Below are positions 45,454 through 55,204 of a DNA stretch of 64,000 nt, one piece after another; within the stretch, counting starts at the first letter, position 1, and each line of letters starts with the position of its first letter. The notes beneath the pieces were generated by a model. It saw only the letters and a program-made list of their open reading frames with translations, ran no database searches and was not told the DNA's origin. The translations under genes and the position numbers were made by a program. This DNA comes from Minutocellus sp. GHC0000111 (lineage: Eukaryota): NCBI GenBank assembly GCA_977018835.1, contig OZ361259.1:4216001-4280000 (forward strand), written 5' to 3'.

Positions 45454-45508
45454 TCTCCTGCTCTAGCTACGTAGGAACTAGCTAGTAGCTACGTAGCTAC
45501 GTAGCGTA

Positions 45509-47791
45509 CGAGGTCAGATTCGCGAGAAATCGAGCGCCCGGTTTTTGACTGCTTTCGAGGGGATTGAAAAGCGCCTCGAAGAATAGTCATGCTGAAATAT
45601 TTAAGAAAATGGCTATTTTTACTCTAATTTTGATTTATCTTCATGTGAAACAATAATTCGGATAAGACTTTAGATTTCAGCGGCTCTAATCAAATGGACG
45701 CGTTCGTGCGACGCGAAAAATTGAACGATGGCATGATACTCGCCTCGGATCGGCAGTACGATGCATTCGTCCCGGATCTCGCACCACAGCCAATCCGGGA
45801 TGAGCTTGAGCTTCTTTAGCTCCCGCTTCACGCCGTTGAACTTGTAGATGAAGGTAACTGAGGAGTGGAACATCTCCGCGGCCTTGTCGTACACCGATTC
45901 AGTTGTTATTGCCACGACATCATCCATGTCGAGGGGCATGTTCTCGGCCCTTATCGCCCGGCAGACGAGTCGACTGACGACATTGAGGAGCATGTGCTTC
46001 TCAAAATCCTCGGGCCCGTCAATCTTGAGAGTTTTCTCCTGGTCAATGATGATGGCCAAGACAGCGGTGAGTATGTGTTCAATCCATTTGTGTCTCGGGC
46101 GGAAGTCGAAGCTGAGCATTTCGATGACGCGACCGGCATACTTGGACCGGTATACTGCTTCCCAACGAGTGCCGATGATTCATCTGATTCGGCCGCCTTC
46201 CGTTCTGTCATCGACGATCTTGCAACGGCGACCCGGCGGCATACTGCACCATGTCTCTTTGCAATTGCCAAGTGCAGGGAGCAGGCAAAGGTGGACTATT
46301 CGGTGCTGTCCAGCGCAGAGCATGGTGCACGATTTTCGGGATGGATGAAGGCGTATGGTGCTCTACCTGCATCTGAGAAGGCGATGTGGGAGATGAAGAG
46401 GAGATCTCATCTGGCTATGCAGCCATACATTCGAGATGTTATTGTTGATGCTCTGATACGAAATCCTCGGGAATCTTGGCGGGAGCTGGAGGTGGATGTC
46501 AACTTTTGGTGTTCCTACTCGGCAATACGGCGGTGGATAATGTCGTGGGAAGGGTTCCGGTACTATGCCGAAAGGATCATCCCTCTCCTTACTACACATC
46601 AGATGGAGAAACATTTGGCATTTGCGCGGAAATTCCGAAACAATTGGGGGCTCGGCGGTGGCAAGTTTCTCCTTGTTATGTTCGATGACAAGTGGTTTTG
46701 GGGCTTGGTTCTTCGATCGTATGCCAAGCAAGTTGCAGAATTGGGTATTGATCCTCGGTCCTTCTCGGCATATCACCGAAATCACATCAACAAGTGCATG
46801 GTGGTGGCTGTCACTGCCTTGGCTTTTATTGACAGCATTGAGAATGGCGGCATTGCGTTCAAGCTTGGACTTTTTCGGGCTCAGGCGCATAAAATTGCGA
46901 GGCAGATGGTAAGGGAGGCGGTGCGGCAGGCAGATGGTAGAATCAAATATTGCGGCCCGGTGGTTCGGAAGAAAGACGATCTATACCTTGTGGATTGCGC
47001 GGTGACTGGATGCAGCCATGGCACCCTTGATAATCCCAAGTTCCCACTGAAAGCTTTGTTTGAGAAGAAGATATTTCCGGATGTTGAGGCTTTGGTCGGA
47101 CCTGGCGGAAAGTTTGAAGGCTATGTCCCTATTTTTCAGGGCGACAATGCTGGGCCCCATGCCGAGACTGAATTTGTGGAATATGTGGAAGGATACTGTC
47201 GGGACAAGGGATGGCGTTGGGAACCTCAGGCCCCGCAAATGCCCCATATGAATGTTCTTGATCTGTCTGTTTTCCTTGCATGTCAAAGCAGCATACAATG
47301 TTGTGCCGCGATCGGGAGGGGCTGAAGGTTTTGACAGAGGATCAGACTTGGGATGCAGCGGAGGAAGTTTGGATGGGACTGGAAAACTGGAAGATCGCAT
47401 CGGCATACATCCAGGCTCATAGAATTGCAAAGAAGGTAATCGTTGCAAAAGGCAACAATGATTTTCTTGGAAACGGTGAAGGCATTCATGTTGGGGTGCG
47501 AAAGGATTTCAGGCCGACTGAAAATGGCATGGTTCGGATAGATGGGAAAATTATCGCTCCTCCTCCTGCTGATCCAACCATGGATAATTAGTCCTGCGGT
47601 GCTTTTAAGTTATATTGTGTTTAATAATACTAGATTGGATTGTAGATCTGGATACTAGCTGCTGCAATACATGTACTTTGCATTGTACATGTATTCAATG
47701 CCGGTAGATCTAAGGTTCAGGCGGTTGCGGGCCCAAAAAGTCGCTGTTTTGGTCCCGACCCTGCGCTCGATTTCTCGCGAAACGGACTTCG
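45509..47791 (+). mobile_element. Mariner-like (ITm superfamily) DNA transposon A, ~2.28 kb, 29-bp imperfect TIRs, TA target sites
   Basis: Left TA|CGAGGTCAGATTCGCGAGAAATCGAGCGC (45509-45537); right GCGCTCGATTTCTCGCGAAACGGACTTCG|TA (47763-47791). Confidence 0.92.
45694..47591 (+). pseudogene. Transposase of element A (DD38D), disrupted
   Basis: MFDDKWFW ... QGDNAGPH ... PQMPHMNVLDL, with 38 residues between the 2nd and 3rd Asp. In-frame TAG 45817 and TGA 45859; frameshift in a T-run near 47273. Confidence 0.88.
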
Positions 47792-47941
47792 TAGTACCTT
47801 TCGGTTTCAGAGGATTTGTAGAGGGTATACCAATAACCCCTAAAAAAGGTCATTCTTGCACCCATTTCTCATTTCCCACCACGTGTTTTGTTAGTCGATG
47901 TTCTCTTCGGGAGAAACGCAAATACTCCTCAACTCGTGGAT

Positions 47942-48014
47942 ATCTACTGGACCTGCTCATTCAGTAGGTTGCCACCGACCAGTAGTATCCACTGAATTCG
48001 CAGGTCCAGTAGAT
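47942..48014. repeat. Subterminal inverted repeat (hairpin) inside transposon B
   Basis: Perfect 15-bp arms atctactggacctgc / gcaggtccagtagat plus inner attcagt / actgaat. Confidence 0.85.
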
Positions 48015-48086
48015 TCTGGCAGGAACACATGTGTTTTTTGGTCCCCCGCACACCCTCTCTCACCGCAACCCGCAAATTTTGTGACG

Positions 48087-50917
48087 ATGACGACGACCAA
48101 CCAGATCACGCCCAAAAAATACAACCTTCGTTCTCAGGGAGCAAGAGAGGCAACACCAAGGCATCCAGGAAGGCGGCAAAGGCGGCAGCTGAGCCGAAAA
48201 CACCATCGCCGAGCGCAAACACGTCGAAGAAGCGGCCACGGTCAAATTCGCCCCCGCGCCAAACCGTCACCGTCGTCGGCGAAGAAGAGGACGGCCCCTC
48301 CTCCTATCCCCATGGCCTTTCTCCTTGCAGCAGATGTCATTCGAAGGGCTGGTAAGGATCTGTGGTGGAGAGTAACCCCCGATTCCTGCGGCAAAGATGA
48401 CATTTGTGTTGGTTCTCGGCAGAAATGGGAAGACGTCCTCCCTGCTTTCATCGAGGCCGACTTGTTGCGTTCCAAGTCCGTCGGTGGAGGGAAGTATGAG
48501 CTACAGTACAACGAGGAAAAATGGAAGGACATGCAGCAACATCTCAAGGAGCATTGTAGTTTGAAGTTGCACTTGTCGACGCATCGGCCGAGAGGGAAGA
48601 CAAGACGCAGGGCGCTTCATGTTTGTGCTCACAGGTTGCGTAAAAAGGAGGACAACCACCCGAAATTCTCTGGACCGGAGGGACAGAAGGTGCACGAGAA
48701 AAGAAATCCCGATGAAGTTCTGTTCTCTGGGCGCTCGACTGTCTTAGCTACTAAGCTAGGTGAGAGGTTGTCAGCTCACAGAAAGGAGGTGCAGTCAGCG
48801 CATTGCGAAGCAAGAGTAAAATCACTAGTCGACGAGGCCAAGAAACTGGGTTGGATGCCAGCAAGTCTCCTCAGCATACTGAAGGGAACTGGTGATACTT
48901 CCGCCACTGAAGCAGCTGCAGCCTCCCCCAATGATGAAGGTTTAGGAGGAGCCGATACTTCCGTTGTCTGTGCCACCTCCAGTGACATTGATGAACAGGT
49001 AAAGGTCGCTCTCGGCCTCGACTTTGTTGTTCGGATGGCCAACGATGACATGCTCCGTCCTCCTCGTCCCAATGCAACCGTCACCGAACCAACACCAATC
49101 AGAAAAGAAAAGCAGGCGAATGAAAGAATGCGGTTCAGCGCCATGGCTCTCGCGGATTGGTGGGGATGCGGCGACCCAACTCGCACGCATGAAGACCGGC
49201 AACAAATTGCAACTGCCGCGTGACGGCAAGTTGCGTGCGATCACGGTTATGCCAAGTCAACCGGTGGTTCTCAGCTTTACAAGTGGAGAGACCAGCTCTA
49301 CAAAAGCCTTACTGATGGCATCAGCAATCCCATCGGCAGAAAGGAGGTTCGTGGAAGGAAGGCACACACGGACATGATCGAGGAGAAGGAGCCAGGATGT
49401 CTCCGCGAGCTGTGTCGGCATGCTGCTCGGATGAAGGGTGCGGTGGCAACCTTTAAGGAGCTAGCTGACTGTATGAGCGCAAAATCAGCTACTCCAGATG
49501 AAGACAGGCTGACAATTAGTCTCCATCGTCTTCAGCTTTTTCGCTGGTGGAAAAAGCAAGGCGGTAAGGAGAAGTCGTCGATCGAGAAGCCGAGGCTCAC
49601 CCCCGAACATTGCAGGAAGCGACTTGATTGGATCGAAAAGTGGGAGGACATTACGACCGATCCCAACATTCCTGTAGCGTATCTTGATGAAAAGTGGTTT
49701 TACACTGCTACTCGGCGACGAAAGATCAAGATGTTGCCACTTTCTGACGAAGAACTAAGTAGTCCGAACCTCGCGTCTATCCATGCTTCCGAGGCAAGCC
49801 CGAAAATTCGATCCAGAAGACACCCTGTCAAAGTTGTGTATCTTGGAGTTGTTGGCCGACCAATGAAGGATGAAACCAAAGACGTTGATTTCAATGGGCG
49901 CATCATGATCAAGAGAGTCGCCAGGGAGCAGAAGGTGGAAAAGCTTACGCGTAATCAGAATTTCTCTCCAGATGCTAAGGTCAACGATGCGCTAAAAAAT
50001 GACAAAGATTGGCGCGACATTTACGACGAGAATGCTGACATGACCGCCGGCCATCTTTGCGACCACATTGCCGAAATCTACGGCCTTTCTGAGTTTGTTA
50101 CAGAGCGATTGGAACTTCAATGCGAGGACTACAAATCCGACGGTCAGGCAAAAAGTCGCAAGCATGCCGCTGTTGGCTACAATCAAAAGATCTCGAGTCT
50201 CAAGCGACACACTCCTGATAGCAATGGAGAGAAGGTGAAGGTTGAGATCGACGACCTTGAGCTCGGGGTGCGGTATCAACGGGGCGATAAGGTTACCAAG
50301 GACTGTAGCTGCGACTCCAAATGGATGTTGGAGACTATGAATGAGGTCGGGAAGGCGATTCGAGACGCACATCATTGGGTGAAGTGGGATCCACAAAACA
50401 TTCAGGAGTCTGATGTTATGTGTCTTATGATGGACAATGCCGGCGGTCATGGGTCCAATGAAGCAGTTGAGAAGTACACCGAGGACCTCAAAAACAAATA
50501 TAAGATTGAGATAATCCAGCAGGTTCCTCGGTCGCCCGAGACAAATGTTCTTGATCTCGGCATCTGGATGTCTTTGCAGTTGGGAGTCGAAAAGGAGCAT
50601 CGCGGTCAGAAGAATGATGCGAATGCTCTTGACAAGACTGTGATGAAAGTATGGGCCAATGTCGCATCAAAAGAGGTCTTTCTCAATGTATTTGGAAAAC
50701 TTCCAGTGATATATAACAACATCAAGAGAAGTCGTGGCGGTAACAATCTTGTGGAGACCAGACGGGGAAAGGCTGGTCTCTCGCAAAAATTGCTGAGGAA
50801 GAAGCTGAAGAGGATGGTGAACCACTCTGGCCAATTGATGCTCCCGGCGAAGATGATGACATTGAGGACGACATAGATGAAAATGATGAAGACGATGGAG
50901 TCATTGATTTGCTATAA
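48087..50917 (+). pseudogene. Long (~940 aa) transposase of element B (DD39D), disrupted
   Basis: AYLDEKWFY ... MMDNAGGHG ... QVPRSPETNVLDLGIW, with 39 residues between the 2nd and 3rd Asp. In-frame TGA 49221; frameshift in an A-run near 50787 before the acidic tail. Confidence 0.9.
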
Positions 50918-51591
50918 CTCATCATAGCATGTCCATTTCTATTCATTACATTTTGATTTGGTGCTTCCAAAAATGTATTTTTTCCCGGGGTGAGGAATGC
51001 AAATGTCGAAAAAAATCATCACATAATGTACATTTATTGGTTCTGGTGCACAATATCTCTCGACTATATGTAGAAGTTAGTGACCATAACTTGGTTCTTG
51101 CCCCGACTTCCATCTTGGCCGTGATTTATTCCTCGGAGTTAGAAAATGTGAGCTTGGATTTTTGGTCTGGTGTGGTCGTGTTTCTAATACGTCATCATCA
51201 CGTCACTTTCAAATCCTCTGAACTCGAAAGGTACAGTCAAATTGAATGCGGATTGCGCCAAGTACATGCATCACGTCATACCGAAATATGGAACGGCCTT
51301 GCTGCTGCTGACATCGCATCGACAATGCCGAAAAAAGTGTTGTCTCGCTGCGATACCCTTCGCGGTACCTTCCTATCCTACACAGCAGATGGCTAATTTA
51401 TCAAGTCAATCTTACGTTTCGTCTACCATCGATCTCTAGCTACGTAGATCTAGATCTACTCCTACAGTAGTTCCTAGATCTAGATCTAGAGACTACTCCT
51501 GGACAACCGATTCCGTGCGACGGAATCAAATCTCCGCGCGCCTGCCTTCTTCGTGGATCTACAATGTACTGTACCTGTATACATTCGCAAA

Positions 51592-53829
51592 TCAACCAGC
51601 AAAGGTCTGCTTCTCGAATAGACCGAGCTGAACACTGGCCAAGAATGCAGGCAGACTCTTGAACTTGGTCATGTACTCGAAGCTCTGGTCCTGCGCCAGG
51701 AGTTGCGCCTGGGGAGTGTCGAGTAGATCCAGACTCGTCACAGCCTCACCCTTTTTCACGTTGGGCCAAGCAAATATGAGGTGATCTTCCTCCCTCTCGG
51801 CGTATAGCGATCGGACCTTGAAGCGAAGGGGGGTAGAATCTGCCATCATATCGATCTTGAAGCCCGTGAGGAGATAGACACCCTCTCGGAACTTGCCAAT
51901 CTGCTCTCTGAATGACTCCTTCAGGCGACGATGGAGCTTCTGCGCATCAAGGGCAGATTGATCTGAAGATGACAAACCGGCCGAAGGCGGGGTTCTGCCA
52001 GGTAGTGGCGTCTTGGCGGCCGATCCAGACATATTGCTGGACGTGGATTCCTCCTTCTTCTCTTCCAGTGCCTTGCGTAGAGCATCGATTTCCGCTTCGT
52101 ACTTGGACCGGACGGCATCCATGAGAGGATTTTGCTTGAGGTGAAGGACTCTAGTGGATTCAGAATCGAATGATCCCTTGCCTGCCATTGTTTCGGCCTG
52201 ACAGGCACGTTCTTCGGCCTTCTCGGCCTTCTCACGTTCCTTGAAGAGTGCATCTCGTAGCTTCCCGAACTTATCCTTGACACGAGCCAGCTCCGTCTGG
52301 GCGGCTTCTGATTCCGTCTTGGCGGCACTTGTCTCGGTCTTGAGCGCCGTGGTTTCCTCGGTAAGAAGGCGGATTTGTTCCTGAGCTGCATTGAGACTTG
52401 TCCGTAGGCCCTGGACAGTCGGTCCATCTTCATCATTGGTTGCCAAAGCACCAGTGCCGCCCTTGGACCCCGTCTTGTGAGGAGTAGGAGGTCGGACTTC
52501 AGACTGCTCGTACGTTTCGAGCAAGCTCCGGAGCGAATCGGCTTCCCTCTTCCAGACATCCTGCTGGGCGCGGAGTTTGCGCAGTTCCAAATCTGCACCG
52601 TCGGCCCTGGACTCGGACTCGACCAGCTTTTCCTTGAGGGTTGATTCTAATGCAGCGGCACTTTCCGATCGTCTCTCGACCGTCGATGCCATCTGCCTCT
52701 GCAACTCGAGGTCCGACCTTGCCTTGCTAAGGTGCTTTCGTGTGGACTGCACCTCGTCCTGAAGCTTTTGGACTTTCCGAACGATGAGAGAAACCTCGGG
52801 AGGAGTATTCACCCTACCACTGCCATTGGCGGCGGCGGCATCGGCCTCATCGTCGCTGCTGTCAATACCATCCTCGGCATCTCCGCCGAATGCCGTTACG
52901 ATATCCTTACGGAAATCAGCCCAGCGACTCTCGACGGCCCGCCGTTCTTCCCTCTCCCTCCTCAACTCGGTCAGCTCAACCTCGACCCGCTCCAGTCTGC
53001 TCTTGGCCGAGCGTGCCTCCTCCTTGTGCCGCACGGCAGAATCGGCCACCGATTGGACCGCCGTCAGCTTCCGTGTCAACTGCCGATTGGTCCGCTCTTG
53101 TTCGGCCAGTTTGATGCGAATTCGATTCAATTCCGACATGACGGCCGGTGGCGCAGGAGACAGTGCAGTCTTCTTGGAGTCGGCCGCGTCGACATCCTCC
53201 TCTCCCTTGGCTCTCTTGGGAGTGTTCTCGGCGGGGGCAGCTCCCACAGCCTCGGTCCTGCCTCGGTTGGTCTCGATCTCCTCCTCAAGCTGTACTCTGA
53301 GGCCATCCCTCTCCTCTTCGAGCGACGCCACTCGCTCCCGCAGCAACCGGGCATCTTCCGCCAGCTCGACCCGCTCGGCATCCTCCCCCGAACCGCTTTG
53401 GCGATACCGCTCGGCCGCCTCCTCGGCCCGGGCTAGTCGAGCCAGTGCAGCCCGTCGGGCATCTCGGGCCTTGGCAACGTCGGCCTCCGACGTGGCACGA
53501 AGATCCTCCAGGGCCGACCGGGCCTCGTCGGCCTCCTCGTTGGCCAATGTCAGCTGACGGCGGAGGCGCGTCTCGGCCTGCGAATGACGGCGCTGCTCGA
53601 TCGACCGCAGATTCGATTCGTGGAGGAGATCATCTCGGATTGCCTCAAGCTCAGTCTGAAGTATGGGACACGTGTTGCATGAGGCCGAGGAAGACGGGTT
53701 GGAGTTGGAGGTACCGGATGGGCCGATGAGTGCCAGGGCATCCTCGGACGTTCGAGACCGCTTCGACTTGCGGGTGGATACCGCCGCGGAGCTCATCTTT
53801 GTTTGGGCTTTGCTGCTCAGTAATGGCAA
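51592..53829 (-). CDS. MAD1: Spindle assembly checkpoint protein MAD1
   Basis: Long coiled coil; MAD2-interaction-like TRVLHLKQNP; C-terminal FREGVYLLTGFKID...VRSLYAE...SLPAFLASVQLGLF. Confidence 0.92.
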   Translation of the reverse strand: MPLLSSKAQTKMSSAAVSTRKSKRSRTSEDALALIGPSGTSNSNPSSSASCNTCPILQTELEAIRDDLLHESNLRSIEQRRHSQAETRLRRQLTLANEEADEARSALEDLRATSEADVAKARDARRAALARLARAEEAAERYRQSGSGEDAERVELAEDARLLRERVASLEEERDGLRVQLEEEIETNRGRTEAVGAAPAENTPKRAKGEEDVDAADSKKTALSPAPPAVMSELNRIRIKLAEQERTNRQLTRKLTAVQSVADSAVRHKEEARSAKSRLERVEVELTELRREREERRAVESRWADFRKDIVTAFGGDAEDGIDSSDDEADAAAANGSGRVNTPPEVSLIVRKVQKLQDEVQSTRKHLSKARSDLELQRQMASTVERRSESAAALESTLKEKLVESESRADGADLELRKLRAQQDVWKREADSLRSLLETYEQSEVRPPTPHKTGSKGGTGALATNDEDGPTVQGLRTSLNAAQEQIRLLTEETTALKTETSAAKTESEAAQTELARVKDKFGKLRDALFKEREKAEKAEERACQAETMAGKGSFDSESTRVLHLKQNPLMDAVRSKYEAEIDALRKALEEKKEESTSSNMSGSAAKTPLPGRTPPSAGLSSSDQSALDAQKLHRRLKESFREQIGKFREGVYLLTGFKIDMMADSTPLRFKVRSLYAEREEDHLIFAWPNVKKGEAVTSLDLLDTPQAQLLAQDQSFEYMTKFKSLPAFLASVQLGLFEKQTFAG

Positions 53830-54081
53830 CGTACCTAGCCCTAGCTATTAATAGTAGGTAGCCAGCGACGTAGCTAGCTACTAGGAGGTATCTTTTACCC
53901 TCTATTTCAGCACATCTTGTGAAAATGACGCCGCACGACGGACAGGCACAACAACTTCGTCACGTTGCACTTTCCGAACTTCGTCACCTGTATGGCACCG
54001 CGCGCATGGGCGCAGCAGCGGGCAGCATAGCAGCAGCAGCCTGCTTCATTCTCTTTTCCTCCTCTCGGTGCCATCGCCACC

Positions 54082-55080
54082 ATGAGATCATCGGCTAGAT
54101 GCCGACGGCTTCGGCCCCGTTCGCTACTGCTACTGCTACTGCTGCCGACAATTAGCGCGTTTAGGCCAAGTTGCTCGTAGGCCTATGATGTCAACGCGTC
54201 ATGCAGCAGCAACAGCTGGGGCGGAATCAATTGACGAGGCCTTGACTACATTTCGTCCTCTCGATTTGCATGACCATCAAAGATTCTACATCATTCGACA
54301 CGGAGAGACCGATGCCAATGCTGCAGACGTGATTCAAGGCTCCAGCGACGTCTCGAGGCTCACAGAAACTGGCAAAGAGCAGGCAAAATCCATTTACGAT
54401 GCGCTGGTGAGGATGGCAACAAATGACTATCGCGGCGAACTGATCGTCGATGGCATCTACTGCAGTCCATTGACACGAGCTAAGGATACCCTTTCAATAC
54501 TTCGAAAGAGCTACGAATATTCCAGAGCTAATGGCAAGGCAGCAACTGTGAGGCTACCCACTGATGATGTTATCCTCAAGAATCTTCGTGAGATTGATTT
54601 TTATGGTTGGGAGCAGAAGGGAAAGGATGACCAAAAACCAACTTTCCGGCCGAATATCAAGCATGGAAGGAGGGGGACCCACACGGCCTGATTGTCGACG
54701 ATTGCTATCCTCTCCTTGAGGTATGGAGGCGGGCTGCTGAAGTCTGGAATGAAATTCGAGAATTGCATCCAAAGAAACAAGACAATGGAGGAGTACACGT
54801 GTTGGTGTGTCACGGCACACTTGGCCAAGCTTTGCTTTCCACTGCGTTTGGTATTGACGCCACGGCGTTCCGTCGCAATACCTTTCCCAACTGTGGCATT
54901 GCCGAAATTCACTGGCACCCTGATAGAGAGGTTGCCACGGCTTGGAGGTGGGTAGCTCCCTCATCTGAATCTATCCCAGACGAATGTGACATCACAAGGC
55001 CCATTGCTGCCTACGATCTTGGGTGTTTGAGGGAACAACTTTCTGATATTGTACTCGAGGATGGAGGAAGTCTACCTTAA
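54082..55080 (+). CDS. Plastid-targeted histidine phosphatase / phosphoglycerate-mutase-like protein; frameshifts near 54167 and 54635
   Basis: Signal plus ISAF motif; IIRHGETDAN, YCSPLTRA, LREIDFYGWE, VLVCHG, FPNCGIAEI. Confidence 0.8.
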
Positions 55081-55204
55081 TCTAGCTCTGGACATGTACA
55101 GGAAATATTTGTTGAAAATCTTTAGACAGAACTAGTAGCAGCTAGGCGGTCTTAGCTAGCTAGAGTACCGCAGCAACGTAGCTACGTCGTAGAGGCCGAG
55201 CTCT

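Larger units (their letters stand above)
47797..51231 (+). mobile_element. Mariner-like DD39D DNA transposon B, ~3.44 kb, 22-bp imperfect TIRs, TA target sites
   Basis: Left TA|CCTTTCGGTTTCAGAGGATTTG (47797-47818); right CAAATCCTCTGAACTCGAAAGG|TA (51210-51231). Confidence 0.92.

Noticed and set aside
45670..46119. Second, antisense gene inside transposon A
   Set aside because: It is the codon-aligned mirror of the transposase N-terminus (ATG 45694) with no recognisable domain; most likely a shadow ORF.
6830..54640. Programmed frameshifting or true pseudogenisation as the explanation for 1-nt frameshifts (~6840, 11083, 20790, 31010, 47273, 50787, 54635)
   Set aside because: Each is repaired by a one-base length change in a homopolymer run (usually adding a base), the typical long-read consensus error. 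There is no shared slippery motif.
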